In this document: positions 1 through 14,067 of the stretch, one piece after another
How positions within the stretch are numbered: the first letter of the stretch is position 1
Layout: every line of letters begins with the position of its first letter
DNA from: Eledone cirrhosa
Lineage: Eukaryota
DNA length: 64,000 nt
NCBI GenBank assembly: GCA_964016885.1
Contig: OZ024741.1
Span: 197,532,001 to 197,596,000, forward strand
Reading direction: 5' to 3'
Notes under the pieces: generated by a model
Databases searched by the model: none
Told to the model about the DNA's origin: nothing
Seen by the model: the letters and a program-made list of their open reading frames with translations, nothing else
Translations under genes and position numbers: made by a program

Positions 1-921
1 AGAGCACCAGATATCTTTAGGGACAAAAATGAGCAATTCCTTCTTCAAAATCTCTTGCACTCTTTTCGAAGAATGGGCGGGCGCAGAGTCCTGTACAAAC
101 ATGACTCAACTTTCATCATAATGCTTCCTAATTCAAGGCAACAAAACTTCTAAGATTTTGAGATACTCTGTTGTGTTGATTTAAAGACCCGCTTCAATAA
201 AATAAGGAGGCATAAATTTCTCATCACTTGCAACAACTCCAAAGACCGTAATGGTAGCCGGATTCTTGCTATGTGTAGCTAGAATCCGGCTACCATTACG
301 GTCTCACTTGTGAGTTTTGATGGCTTGCAACTTTCTCAACGAAAATGCGGACGTCTCTGCCATGATGTTTCAGATGACTTAGAAGTTTGGGACTTCTTTC
401 AGATTGAATGGCTTTGAAGCAGGCAGTTGGGATGTTACGGTGTCTCCTCACATAGGATTTTGTATTGAGATCTTGTCTCATAGCCCTAGAAATGGTAATT
501 TTACTGATTCTTCGATCTTGAACCAACTCCCCCTTCAATTTTGATGAGTTCAGCTCAATCTATATTTTAAGTCCTGCTAAGAAGCGAGGTGTGCCTTTTC
601 AGTCACAGTGAGGACTATGGGGCTTTCTTTGAACATCCTGACTTTTCTTCAAAATTTGCTACAACTCTAAAAGCAATAGATCTGGCATACTTTGTGGCTC
701 TAACAATCTACCCAGCACTTTTGCTGGCGCGGAATAATTCGGCAATTACAATTCTATGGTTTCATTCTTTATTAACATACTATTTTTTCAATTTCAGATT
801 GAACAAATTATAATTAAGTGATTATTCAAGGTGGTAATATTTAAGATTTAGTCTCCAACAAAATCTATACAATTAGAAATATACCCATTTGAAACTTGTC
901 CCAACTTACCTGTTACACACA
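1..921 (-). mobile_element. Degenerate Tc1/mariner (maT/DD37D-like) DNA transposon, cut by window edge
   Basis: Minus-strand broken frames give an HTH N-terminus (RIVIAELFRASKSAG..IVRATKYARSIAFRVV), then ISRAMRQDLNTKSYVRRHR..LLSHLKHHG, and the catalytic motif FVQDSAPAHSSKRVQE..FVPKDIW. Probable TIR (CTGTGTGTAACAGG on minus) ends at ~921 against a TA tract. Confidence 0.75.
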
Positions 922-966
<45 letters not shown>

Positions 967-1043
967 AGCACACCCACCCACACCACATATGTATGTATAC
1001 ATACATGCATAATACATACATAAACATATATATACATACAAAC

Positions 1044-1832
1044 ATGATGGCTGTACCCTCGTTATCGAGTATGGCCATTGCACGATATACCATTATTAAT
1101 AATTATTAATTAATTCTATCGTTTAATACCTGTGCGTGAAGATATTTTTTAAAGTGAGGAAAGACTGTGCACTGAGCCAATCCCACTCTCTGAGCGACAG
1201 TAGCTATAACCCGAAACGAAGAAAAGATCAACATCATCGCTAACTACTGAGCCGCAGGTTTTATATCGGAGTTATCCCAATTTCCTGAGTTGCCTTCTCC
1301 TAGAAAATTGCCCTGACAAAGGCTACGGGTCCTTCACTCCCAGTAGTTTAACCGCGCGATCGGGTGTCCAGCCCGACTATTTCTATGTCCACGCGCATAT
1401 ACATACACATGCACCCATGTATATACACATATACATATAGATGCATATGTACATGTGTATATACATATTTACACACTTTTGGATGGCCGTTGACTCTTAT
1501 GAGTTCTTCCGCCCTTTGTCAGGTTTTGTTTTTTGTCTTGCAGGGTGTCCAAAATCACACTCCTCACTAAGTAAACTCGGTGGGGCTGCCGGTTTAGTCA
1601 CCGACGACCCCGACCATGCGACAAGTCACTCTTGAGTGCTACTGGCAACATGTAACATACATTTATACATACATACATGAAGGCTGCCTCTTCGTTATCG
1701 AGTATGACCATTGCACGATAACATTATTAATAATTATCAATTAATGCTACCGTGCAATGCCTGAGCGTGGAGATTTTTTCTACATACATATATACATACA
1801 TGATGGCTACCCCCTCGTTTTCGAGTATGGCC
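1044..1832. repeat. Local repeat: ~105 bp unit at 1044-1150 and 1677-1780, partial third copy 1800-1832, each after (CATA)n
   Basis: atgatggctg..ctcgttatcgagtatggccattgcacgata recurs; probably retroposon 3' ends with a (TATG)n tail on minus. Confidence 0.55.
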
Positions 1833-1869
1833 ACCACACATCATCTTGAAAAACATATTAAAAAATATT

Positions 1870-3075
1870 TTATCGGTATTGCGATTTTGGCCCAGCTAAT
1901 GCTTTAAAGTGTCTTGCACAGAGTTGACATGTGTGCAATAGCAGGCTGTGGTTGGTCGTCATGTACTTTCACATGTCGTTTGAGTCCTCTAACTGATCTG
2001 CACTCTTTTCCACATGTTTGACAGGTATGGACACTATCATCTCTAAGAGCAGCCTGGTAGCCAACCACGAGTTTCACTATGTGACTGCGAAGCTGTCATG
2101 TCATCATAGAATGACCTAACTATAGCAAGGAACTTATCAGGGTACCCAAGGTTCTGGAGAACCTTCCACGATGCATCTATTAAGATCTAAAGATCTAAAC
2201 CCTGTTCAGCGCACTTCTCTTGGAGCTGTTTAGCCGAGAAGACCATGTCAGCAGCACAACGTCCAAAACGAAAACCAGATTGACTGTCAGAAAGAACGCA
2301 ATCCGCAATGTGCGTCAGCAGACCGTCTAGAAACACCATACATAAAACAGAAAGTAATGATATACTCTGATAGTTGGCACAATCATCCTCGTTACCTTTT
2401 CTATTCTACGTGACTGGCATTACCGCATCTCTCCAGACTTCAAGGTCAGATTCACTAGACTATATCTTACCAATCAGAGGGTGAAGATGTAGAACTTTCT
2501 CACCACTATATATTCCATCCACATATGAACACCTTCTATTGTTAGACTTCGTCACAGCTACTGCAACTTCCTCTAAAGTTGGTGGCTCTGTGAGAGCTGC
2601 TTTTACAGGTTTTCAGAGATTAGATTGAAGAAATCCTCATTGACAACGGATAGTCGGTTCAAAAGTTCATCAAAGTGCTCTTGCAACCTTCGCAAGATGC
2701 CTTGCGAGTCACGAAGAAGCCCCTTGTCATCCTTGCTGCGAAGCGGTATTATCAGAGAAGATGGTCCATAAACTTCACGCAACAGATTGTACAACAATTT
2801 TGTGTTATTGGAATCTCTTTCATCTTGAATCTCATCAGCCTTTTCACTTCAACATTCATCTTACACTTGAGAGAGCCTGCACCTTGCATGTGATTTCACA
2901 TCCTTGATTTCCTCAAGTAACTTATTCTTCTCCTGTGGCTTTGCTGCTGCCAAGTAGAACCACAGAGCATGCCTCAGTCAACTGTTCATCTATATGTTCA
3001 TCATTTTCATTAAACCAGTTTTCATACTTTATTTCTACAAATCTCAGAACACGACTGCCTACATCATAAACCATG
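1870..3075 (-). mobile_element. Degenerate RTE-clade LINE (RT plus C-terminal C2H2 finger)
   Basis: Minus translations QSGFRFGRCAADMVFSAKQLQEKCAEQ, WKVLQNLGYPDKF, RLQEHFDELLNR, CQTCGKECRSVRGLKRHVKVH; many stops and deletions. Confidence 0.8.
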
Positions 3076-3593
3076 CATACATACATACATACATAAATGT
3101 AGAGAGAAAGATGGAGTGAGAAAGAGAGAGAGAGAGAGAGAGAGAACGTGAGAGAGAGAGAGAGGGGAGTGATGAAAATATGTAAAAGAAACTGAATTTA
3201 AAACCGGTTTTTAGATTGAACAATTCATATTAGAAAGATCACCAGGGTGTTTTTGCTTGTGTTTATTTGTTTTTCTACTCTGCTCCTCACTGTTTGCATC
3301 AGGCTATATGATTCCTTCAAATAAAAACGCCACTATTTATCTCCTAAACTCCCAGCTTTTCTATATTTTAATACTATTCATACCAAGCAATTTGAAACAG
3401 TTCCTGCTCTGAACTTATCATTACTAAATTTCAAATATATTTCATATATTTAATATATTTAATATATCCTTTTCTCCTGGTTAATCTTATATCTTCTATA
3501 GATCATATTATTTGTGGAAGTGATGGTAAGGTTTAATGTTTATCTGGATGTCTGGGCCTCCATAACTAACAAGATATTCTTCATTGACCATAC

Positions 3594-5832
3594 TTAAATA
3601 TGGAATGATACGCGATGGGCCCCCCCGACAGCCTGGGCGGACAGGATGGAGAAGACGTTTCTCCGGAGGACGGCAAGGGAGACGCGCTGGAAAAGCCACT
3701 CCAACTCGCGGGGCTCACACCTGCGACTGGCCAGCTCAGCGCCTATGGTGGTAAGTATGGAGGTAGCCATAGGGCCGAGGACACCAGAAGTCTCCACTGC
3801 CAGGGGTACAACCGCAAACCTGTCGGAGAGCGACTGGTATTTAAGGAGTTTGGCCCCCTCAGCTCGACGTGCAGCAGAACCTGAGTTAGTCGCAGACTGC
3901 ACCAGGTTGCGGCTGCAGAAAGTGTCGGTGCAAGTGGCATCCCAGACGAGGGGTTTGCCACCGCGGAACGGGAAGATGGTCATGCTATCTGGCCTTTTGC
4001 CGTCCCTCGGTCCAGCCCCACCGGCTCCAGCTGGGAAGGGAAGCCTGCAGCGTCCAAGCCATGCTTTATGACCTCGTTGAGGGAAGCATGGCGTGGAAGA
4101 CGGCCGCCACGGGTGGAGGCCGAAAGGGTCCACGGTGGATCCGCAGCTACTTTAGTGTGGCTCGCAGATCCGGAGGCCGAGCCTCAAGGAAACGACGATG
4201 CGCATGCTATTATTGTCTAGCTGCGTGCCAGTGGAGAAGGAGGGCAGGGCATGGAGCCAGGCACCACTAGGCGAAAACAGGCGAGGCGGTTCTGGTCGAG
4301 CTGACATCCCAAGTGCTTTAGGGGGACTTGACGTCAAAAGGGGGAGAAGGAGGGGGTACGTCTACTGGGCTAAGTCCCAGGCGGTCCCACGTCTCACGGG
4401 CGGCCTCACGTTCTCTGAACACAGGGGGTTCTATTGTGTTTTGAAGAACACTTCTGACGACGACGCGGCACGAGGCTTCCGACGAAAGGTACGCCGGCAA
4501 AGCCAGTGAGATCGGGGACCGCAGGCCAAGGCCACCATACCTGACAGGTAAAGTGGCCTGTTGCCACCCGATGTCGTCAAACTTGACGTTGCATATCTCC
4601 TCGGCTGCTGCTCGGATACAAGTATCGAGGTCAGCGAGGAGAGATGTGTGGGTGTAGCACGGAGCCCTATAGAGGAGCTTCGGCATGGCGAAGCAGTTCC
4701 TCAACAGAAAGAGAGCTGGGTGGCCGTCGATAAAGCCCAGTCGGCTCGTGAGAGTCTACAGTTGTTGAAGCCTGGACCTGATGGTGGAGCGGATGGCCGG
4801 CGGGTGGATCGGTGACCCGAGGATGAGGACATCCTCTTTGAGGGTCACCTGTACCTGGTGGAGAATGGACTGCACATCCGAGACGGGGGCTGAAAAGTTC
4901 TCAGCATCGTGGCTGACTTTCACCACCTCCGACTTGGCCGAGTTGACCTGGAGGCCGATTCCCGCCAGGACAGGAACCACTGATTGTAGGTCATGGCAGA
5001 CAGTCTGTACTGGCCCGCCCAACGTAGCATCATCCAGATACCAAACGTTGAGAGGGGCCGTGATACTCCGGGCGATGTGTTCTATACCAAGGGCAAACAG
5101 AAGGGGTCCCAAATGGTCGCCCTGTTGGACCCCAGTGGCTGAAGGTATGACCTATCAGCAGCAAGGAGCATGCTCGGGGCTCCATACGACAGGTAGGCCA
5201 GCGGGTAGGCAGAGGGGGCTCAGCTGAACAGGCATCGAGGAGATGGTCCCGGCGTAAGCAGTTGAAGGCATTCCTCATGTCAGGATGCTGGTTCCGGTGG
5301 GCAGCTGTTGAAGAACAGCCTGGTAGCATGTGCGGCCCCCTCATAGCCACCGGACACGCCGACACCCAGTTGCACACCGGACTGAACTCCTCACCCAGTT
5401 CGGGTGTTATGGACCTGTAGACCACCTTGGCAGCCAGCCTCTTTCTTCCCGAGAGCGGTGAGGTTAGCCGTAAAAAAGAGGCCTCGAGCGTGAGGGTCCA
5501 GGGTGCCATGGATGGGCCTATTGGTGAGCGCGACAATTGCACTCAGAAGGCGGCGCCCGGCCTCAGCGGAGAGGGGGATAGCAACTCCTCAAAGTGGCAT
5601 GGTCGGAGATCATCAGCACCTCCGTTGCTGCTAGCTGAGAAGGACTTGTTGGCGGACATGATATCTGCGTCGGAAGCCACAAGGAGCAAGTGGGGTCGGG
5701 TGATGGTATGGGTCTGAGATCAGCGGGTGGCTCAGGGTGCTTGAGTCGCAGGGCAGCCAGGACCTCCTCGGTGGGTTGGAGGACAGTGTCCTCTGAGGCA
5801 ACCACTCTGACTGCGGCCGAGACATCACCCAT
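3594..5832 (-). mobile_element. CRE-clade non-LTR retrotransposon (RT plus restriction-like endonuclease), 5'-truncated and frameshifted
   Basis: DMRNAFNCLRR, GPLLFALGI, WYLDDATLGG, QATLPVRYGGLGLR, RLE motif KRPDSMT..WDATC..EGAKLLKY; GC-rich island. Confidence 0.88.
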
Positions 5833-6456
5833 GATTAATTTAGCATAAACCGTTCCTGGTTCCTGGTTTTATCTAAAAAGCTTTCATTACAATTTTATAT
5901 AATAAACATTGTTAAGTTGTGCATTAAAGAATAGCAATTGTTTTTCTTCTTTGGAGGGGATGAGGAAGTTGAGTATATCGAGTCCTGCACTTTATCAGTA
6001 CATTATTTCATCCAGTCTGGAAGGATGAGAGGCAAAATTGACCTCGACGGGATTTTAATCCAGAAATTACCCCCCCCCCCCCCCACCTCATAAAAAAAAG
6101 CTGAAATAATGAGAAAATTAAATCCTTCCAAATATTTGATTATTTTCGAAAGGCTTTCAGAATAAAAATAGTAATTAAAAGGTTAAATATTATTTTCTAG
6201 GTAAAGACCCCATCCCCACTAAAAAAATAACCAAAAGAAGAACGAGACTATTGTTCCAGCAGCAGCAGCTTTGATTGCAGTTGTGAAAATGGCCAGTAAA
6301 TCCGCCTCAAACTCAATCCCAGAGCCAAAGAATACCGATGCAGTCTTTCCCAATCTGAAGATGACAGAGAAGAACATCCCGTGCTTGGTTTCAGGATTAT
6401 ACGTTGTCGCTCCGCTCCTAACAGCTCCAACAGTGACGTATGAAACTTGGTACAAC

Positions 6457-6524
6457 AGAAGAAGAAGAAGAAGAAGAAGAAGAAGAAGAAGAAGAAGAAG
6501 AAGAAGAAGAAGAAGAAGAAGAAG

Positions 6525-6555
<31 letters not shown>

Positions 6556-6700
6556 GTTAAAATCTATAAATAGAGAACATATTATCAAGCAGAAGAAGAA
6601 GAAGAAGAAGAAGAAAAAGAAGAAGAAAAAGAAAAAGAAGAAGAAGAAGAAGAAGAAGAAGAAGAAGAAGAAGAAGAAGAAGAAGAAGAAGAAGAAGAAG
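6457..6700 (+). repeat. Two (GAA)n microsatellites
   Basis: Pure GAA runs at 6457-6553 and 6591-6700. Confidence 0.97.
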
Positions 6701-7079
6701 CTGAAATACGAGTAATTGTTCAAATACATGGCTGCCAGGTCTAGCAGCTACCGTCTGCTAACTCTGCTCTACCATTTGGAAGAAACACGAGAGAACAGCT
6801 GGGGACGCCCTACAGAGAGCACCCAGATGACATGCTTTTAATTCTAACGAAGAAAAATCTGCGTTCTTTCATCAATAAATCTACCAAAAATCTGCCTACG
6901 AATGATTTCAGAGATTCACGAGAAGAATATATGTGGTGAGCGAGCAGAAATATGCTCTTCTTGACATAACTAGTGGGTTCTCACCCATGTGTGGGTGGGT
7001 AAACCTAAATGTTATTCATGTTTTATATTTTATTGTAAAGTATCTTCAATTCGGTATTCGTGTCAACCGTTACCTAAGG

Positions 7080-7222
7080 TTCTTCTTCTTCTTCTTCTTC
7101 TTCTTCTTCTTCTTCTTCTTCTTCTTCTTCTTCTTCGTCATCGTCGTCGTCGTCATCGTCGTCGTCGTCGTTGTCGTTGTTGTTGTTGTTGTTGTTGTCG
7201 TTGTCGTCGTTGTTATTGTTGT
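7080..7222 (+). repeat. Compound (TTC)n(GTC)n(GTT)n microsatellite
   Basis: Read directly. Confidence 0.95.
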
Positions 7223-8439
7223 TTCGCTGTACTAGCCTTTGACTTGGTATTAACAAGAATATTTCAGAATTTGGATGGCATTTTTACATGCAAGTGTCAT
7301 ATAAAACGTTTTTTTTATTAGGCAAATGATTTTTAATTGACTTTCGTAAAAACAAAATACAAATTTTATGGACTTTTTGAACACTGTTTTGATTCAATTA
7401 CCTCCAGAATTGCATCAAATCAGCCTAACACCACTCACCGTAAAGACAAGAAAATGAATATTTCAATAAATACAAAACCGTTAACAAACGAACTTCGCAG
7501 TCGAAATAAAACTTTTGAATAGAGTGTTTTATATTGTTCAGAAAAGACATTGAATGTTTCTGAAATTTCGTTCAATCACAACAAAAAGAATAACTAACAC
7601 TAACGCCCATACAGAGACACAAACGTTGTCATCCATGAGGTCAAGTAATCAAGCCAATTTTGCTTATATAGCTACCAACATTCAACAATTGAATATGGAG
7701 AATTTACACTTGAAAATAGAAGAGTGACAGCATTAGGGTTAAAAAAAAAAAAATGTATATCATCCTTTCCCGAAGAATATATGTAGAAACGAGCAAAGAG
7801 AAATTTAGTCTATTTTATTTCACAAAGGTGAAGTAGTGTATGTTGTGCCTTCAAAAGAAAAGAAAAGAAACAGAAAGAATTGAAATAAAAAATAAAAGAA
7901 GCTCTGGCAAATTCTAGACTAATATATTATTTATGGAAATTCTAGACTAATATATTATTTATGGAAAAAGAGAACATTTTATGGTATCGTAGCCGAAGAC
8001 AAAGCACGCGACAGCTTCGCTGATACATTTGTGCCCCATTACATGGGAACAGCCCAAAATAAAGGTGGCAGTTAATGGCATGGCAAGGGTTATTGACTTC
8101 TGGTTCATTGTCGCATTGGTAAAACTATATTGGTAGGGAATTAGTGCGAAAGTAGTGATTAATGATTTATAGTCAAGAAGGGTCCATTACGAAGTTGTGC
8201 GCCATTATGAGTGCGAAGTAAAAAATAATAAAACTTATGGTGAATACCAGAAAGCCCAATTGTTACACAAGCTGAAAAACAAAAAAAGAATGAACTGGTT
8301 CCAGAGGAAACTGCTCCAGTAGCCTACTTAGCTGTAACACCGGTTGCATTTCCGGGTGTGGCTGGAAATCCACATATGTTTCGATTTCAGGAGCAAATTA
8401 TATGGAATATAACCCCTTTCTGCCCAGAAATGACAGAGG

Positions 8440-9092
8440 GGGTTACCTTGGTGATTAGAGTAAATAGCCACCTATTAGAATCGTTCAGTATCATGCGCTC
8501 GATCAGAAAAGGTTGTTCCCTCTCGTCTCTTCTCTATCAGCTAAGTGCATTTTGAAGATCATCCTATAGCCTTTCCTTGGTCGGGAGTGTCAGATTTTAT
8601 CTGTATGGTGGCCACAGCGGAAGAGATTGTGTGGTGGACAGGATCGAAATAGCTGAAGATACACTCTCCTCTTCGGCCAAACTTTCAACAAGATTCTCAA
8701 GTTTCAGTTGAAAAAGAAAATTAGGGTAGAGAGGGAAGTGCTGCCTCTAAGCAAATTTGTTGAAATTTGGGTGAGAGGGCGAGGAAGGTCCGAGTGAACG
8801 GTCCTGCTCTGAGTAAATACCTATAAATTAGGGAGGCACGAATGGGAGAAGACACTTGCTTTAGTTGTGAAGGTAATGGTGACCTTTTTTTTTTTTTTCC
8901 ACGAGTGGCCCTCGAAAGTCTCCAAACTTTGGTAGAATTTTCTTTGTTTTAATTTTATTGTTACCCGATTTGTTTTTGTTCCCGTTGTTTTCTATTTTTA
9001 CACATTTCCATAAATCTACACTGTATGGTGCCGTCATTAATGTACTTCATGTAAACCCTTTGTGGTTAAGGAAGAAATCATTATTATTATTA
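8440..9092 (+). mobile_element. Tx1-like LINE 3' fragment with internal deletions
   Basis: RVNSHLLESFSIMRSIRKGCSLSSLLY; DNA similarity to 61300-62670 including the 3' tail. Confidence 0.75.
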
Positions 9093-9116
9093 CGGCACTT
9101 GGATTGGCACTTGGAA

Positions 9117-9306
9117 GGCGGTGGATTGGCAGTATCGGTAGAGGGTCGGACGCCATGCTTTCCAGCATAGTTACGTCCCTTTACGATCTGATTTCAAATC
9201 CCGCCGAGGTTGACTTTGCCTTTCATCCTTACGCGGTCGATAAAATAAAGTACCAGTAATGCACTGGTGAATTGCTGGCCTTGTGCCTAAAGTAGAAACA
9301 ATTATT
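9117..9306 (+). mobile_element. tRNA-derived SINE, full length (octopus-type, Meta-like core)
   Basis: A-box TGGCAGTATCGG, B-box-like GATTTCAAATCCC, core GCCTTTCATCCTTACGCGGTCGATAAAATAAAGTACCAG, tail GGCCTTGTGCCTAAAGTAGAAACAATTATT. Confidence 0.9.
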
Positions 9307-9670
9307 GCGGCACTTTTAATGGTATTGGGGAGACAGAGTAATCAGGGGTTTGTGTATAGGACACTGTTCCTAGTTGACTTTTTGTTATTGTTTTGTTATC
9401 ACGACTATTTATTACAGTTATTCTTATTGTTATATCTACTGCTTCCCTTTGATGATAATGTCCCCTTCCTTTTACTTGAGGGAAACGTCACCCTCTGTGG
9501 TTTTTCGTCCTTCTATTGTCCTCAGCGTTTTAGACCAATAAAAGAAATAATTATGATTATCGTGGTCGTCATTCCCCCTCCCCTTTCTCCTCCTCCTCTC
9601 CATCCCCTCCTCTACCCCCCACCCCTCCTCCTCCTCCTCCTCCTCCTCCTCCTCCTCCTCCTCCTCCTCC

Positions 9671-9710
<40 letters not shown>

Positions 9711-10889
9711 TCCCTTTAAGCCCACGTCTTGACTGATACATACTATGTTAAACTATAGAATAAACACATACAGTTTTCGGTTTTCCTGTAGTAGTAGTAG
9801 TAGTAGTAGTAATAGTAGTAGTAGCAGTAGTTGTTGTTGTTGTCGTCGACGTCGTCGTTGTTGTTATTGTATCTGGGTTTTTTTACCTACATCTCTACCC
9901 CCCCCCCCCCCCCCCCCAACCCTATTCTACTTCCCGAAACGCCTTTTCTATTTATCATCGACTCATTGTTTTTTTTTATACTGACATCATTTACATGTGA
10001 AAACATTTTCTCTTTTTAGTAACACGACTTTCGTAGCCGTCTATTGCATTTAAAATCTACTTGGTTGTTGAACTAAGACGTGATTTGTGAGATCGTGAAC
10101 TTTGTCATTATTTCTATTGTTAAATAGTATGTTTGATCTGAAAATTTATTACTGTTTTGGAGATAAAGGAATCAACTTCTGTGTGAGGTGGTCCTTTTCT
10201 CCATATTTGCAGCCCCTCGGGGCTAAATTGGTGTTTTTTCGCAAACACGCCCCGCCGAGTTTGAAAAATAACAAAAATAAATATGGTGGAAGCCCAAATT
10301 TCGTCGGTAAAACAGAAGAGCGGCTTGTTTAATCAAGAGGACAGCCATGTTTTGGTCAGCAACTGTGTTAAACATTTAACTAGCAGCAGCCAAACACGGA
10401 TTTTCTTTTCCAAAAGACAATAGCAAACTTGTTGCAAATACCACTAGTACCACTACCACCACACCCACTAAAACTAACACAAGTACAAACACTACCACCA
10501 GCGCCGTCACCACTACTACCAAAAGCCTCAACACCACCATCACCCTCATCATCAACAGCTCCACCACCTCCACCATCACAACTTCCAACACCATCAACAC
10601 CACCCGATCCCAGCATCACCACCACCATCATCACCATCGTCAACCCCCATCGTCACCTCCATCAACACCACAGCAAACATAAAAAAGCACCCCCAACATG
10701 TCAAACGCAGACACAATACACAGCGATAGACACAAACAACAAAAAACTCATAAATTACATACAATACAACACCAACATCACAGAAACAAATTGCATACAA
10801 CCCCCTCAAAATTGCACCTTTTTTTTTGGTGGGGGGTTGTATGCAATTTGTTTCTGCTTCTTCACAAAAGACTTATACAACTTTAAAAA

Positions 10890-13420
10890 AAAATCCCAGA
10901 TGCAATTGGAGACTATAGGGGGACCCCCTCGAAGAGGATATACACTGATATTCTCGTAGAGAAACCTACCACCGGCCGGTGGGGATGGATCACCCACCCT
11001 CTTTCTAAAAAGCTAAGGGTAAAGTTTTTTTTCTTCTCTCATTTGTTTTCGTCCTATCTTATCCAACATGGCTTCTCTCAGGATTGGCAGTATGAATGCA
11101 CTTGGCTTAGATTCGTCTTGGAAGCAGAGCCACCTGCTCAACGATCTAAGGTCAATGAACACAGGTGCAAGAGAAGAATCTTCGAAGTACGAACTTTCGC
11201 ATTCATTTTCAGCGGTTACGAGGTGTACACATCCCCAAGCCGTCCAGGATTTGGGGGGGGGGGGGGGGGGGGCGGAGTGGCATTGTTGTTCCGGAGAGAT
11301 CTGGATCTCGAGATACGGACCATCTTCTTTGCCCCCTTCTCCGCTGGCCACGTCCAGCGGAGAAGGGCACGCTTTCAGACTAGTGGTCGTCTATGCCCCA
11401 ACAGGGGCAGGATGGCCTGACTTCTTCCGGTACCTGCAGATCTTTCTTGGAACGTCATGCTCTTTAATGTTAGTGGTGGACTGGAACGGGATCTTCGATA
11501 GAAGCTGGGACTGTTTGGGACTAGCGGATAGGGGAGGTTGGTGTAAAAGCCTCGCAAACATGCTCAGTCGTTTCCAACTGTCTGACAGGTAGCGTCTGGA
11601 TACTGGTAGCTGAACGCCTCGCTCAAGGCCGGCAAAGCCTACAGAGACCAGATTAGTAAATTAGTAAAGCGGGCATTGACGGGGGCAATCGTCAACAACA
11701 AGTGGTGGTTCGCCCTGAAAAGAGCGATTAGAATAGAGTGCATTAGGCCCAGTAAGGTTTTAGCAATAGAGGAGAGGGGGAACTAGTTAGAAAATTTGAC
11801 GAGACGCTTAGTAAAGGCATCGTGACCGACGTGCTTGCGGCGAGATTGGCCCTTGACCAATTCTTCAATGCAAAGCATGAAGGCTGCGTTGTAAAAGCTA
11901 GGGCGCGTTCTCTCAGACACGAGGAGACGAAACCATTCAATGGGCCCGAGTGGCGGTGGGATGTCGTAGCGACAAAGCCACGATCCAGTGATTGGAGAAC
12001 CACGACGGGCGCATATTAGTCGATGCCGAGCAGATTTGTGCGGCCTTTCAGCAGCACTTCGCTCAACTGTTCGGCAGCAGTGGCGGGCCGGATCGCGGAA
12101 TGGATTTTAGTCTCCCACGACGACCAGCCGCGGCTCTCGGTGACAGGCGGAGGTGCTGCGAAAGGCCGATAATTGCCGTTGAAATTCGGGAGGCAATGAT
12201 TGGCTGCTTGAGGGTTAAATCGCCTGGTTTGGATGGTTAGCTCTACGACCTTTGTTCGGTGACCTCTTGTCAGATGTCTAAGGTACTTGGCACAGTTGGG
12301 GCCCTGATCAATTTAGATCAATCGAACGCATTTGATAGAGTTTACCAACTATACATGACGGCCGTCTCCAGTGCGGTCGGCTTTGGGGCCGTTTTCAAAG
12401 GGTGGGGCATCCCGCGCGAACAGGGATGCGAGACACCGTGTCAGCTTATGTCGACGAACTCACCTTAGTGATCTCGAATGCCAAATATATCGAGGCAATC
12501 AGCACTACTCTAAGAGAATACAAGGCAATGATAGGAGCAATGACAAACCAGGAAAAGTCGGTAGGCCTGCGGCTCCACACCCGGAGAGGCAGGTCCATTC
12601 CGTCCAAAAGCGTCATCGGGCGCTGGACGGACGGACCTTAAATTGCTCGGTGTCTGGTTTTCTCCGAACCTCCAGACGGACAAAGACTGGGACGAGATGA
12701 TGAGCAGAGTGCCTCCCGCCAAGTAATGGGCCGAAAGGAAGCTATCCCTGAAAGGTCGGGTGGAGGTGGTGAACACGTACATCGCGTCCATCATATACGA
12801 CCACCTGACCGTTGTGCCTTGTCCTAAGCCTCACCTGACTGCACTGGAGTGTTTGCTCTTTCGTCTTTTGTGGAAGGGACACGCTCCGATGGACAGGCGG
12901 TTCATCTGCTGTCAACACCCGCGCTACGTGGAGGACTGGACACGTACTGAGGCTGTGACATCTCCAGATTTTCATAGACGGTTAACAGGTGTGGTCGCCT
13001 TTCGCTAGGCACATTTTCCCCCAGCTCGTCTCGTTGACGGAGCTACAATCCTGGCTCAAGCGGAGACCGAGAGGGAGCGCTTGGAAACTGGAATGTCTTC
13101 AAGCGCTCACTGCCCTTTGCTAACCGGACACTGAGATCGGTGGAAACTCCACCTTGGTGCCCTATAGAGGGTTAGTGGCGACGACGTCCTTGGGGAAATC
13201 CCGCCGAGGTTAACTTTGCTTTCATCTTTACGGGGTCGATAAAATAGAGTACCAGTCATGCACTGGCGTTGATTTAATCGACTTTCCCCTCCCCCAAAAT
13301 TGCGGCCTTGTGCCTATATAAGAAACCATTATTTTCATATTTTTTTACTCGATTTATGCGTAAAAACCCCGTCTATTGTATTGTCCCCTATAAGTCGGCC
13401 CTTGTGGCCAATAAATGAAA
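10890..13420 (+). mobile_element. Degenerate Tx1/L1-clade LINE (APE plus RT remnants)
   Basis: LRIGSMNALGL, FRLVVVYAPT, VVDWNGI, KSPGLDG, LINLDQSNAFDRV, SAYVDE; collinear with 59250-62670; SINE fragment at ~13198-13330. Confidence 0.88.
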
Positions 13421-13426
13421 CAGTGT

Positions 13427-13798
13427 ATTGGCAGTATCGGTAGAGGGTCGGACGCCATGCTTTGCCATTCTGAGTTCAAATCCCGCCGAGGTTAACTTTG
13501 CCTTTCATCCGTACGGGGTCAATAAAATAAAGTACCAGTAATGCACTGGTGGATTGTGCCAAAAGTAGAAACAATCATTATTTCGATTGTAAGTATCAGT
13601 AGAGCACCGGACACCATGCTTTGCAACATGGAGTCATGGCCCTTGACGTTCTGAGATGAAATACCGTTGATGTTAGCTTTACCTTCCATACTTACGGGGT
13701 CAATAAAATAAAGCACCAGTAATTCACTGGGGTCAATTTAATCGACTTTCTTCCTCCCCTAAAATTGCTGTCCTTGTGCCTATAGTAGAAATCATTAT
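13427..13798 (+). mobile_element. Two tandem SINE copies
   Basis: Same A/B-box, core and tail as 9117-9306; second copy more diverged. Confidence 0.85.
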
Positions 13799-13923
13799 TG
13801 TTGTTGTTGTTTTACTACTATTTCATTATAGATCCTTTTATAAGATCGCTACATGGGTTTTTCCCGTCTGGTTCCCATTTCCCTTAACCTCATCCATCAA
13901 CATCCTTATTTCTTTTACATTTC

Positions 13924-14036
13924 ACCGCCACCACCACCACCACCACCATCATCATCATCAGCAACAACACCTATATCTCCAATAACACCATCACTACCTC
14001 CACCACCAACAGGACCAATATCCTCACCACCACCAT

Positions 14037-14067
<31 letters not shown>

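Noticed and set aside
7908-7966. 28-bp tandem duplication
   Set aside because: Ordinary slippage duplication
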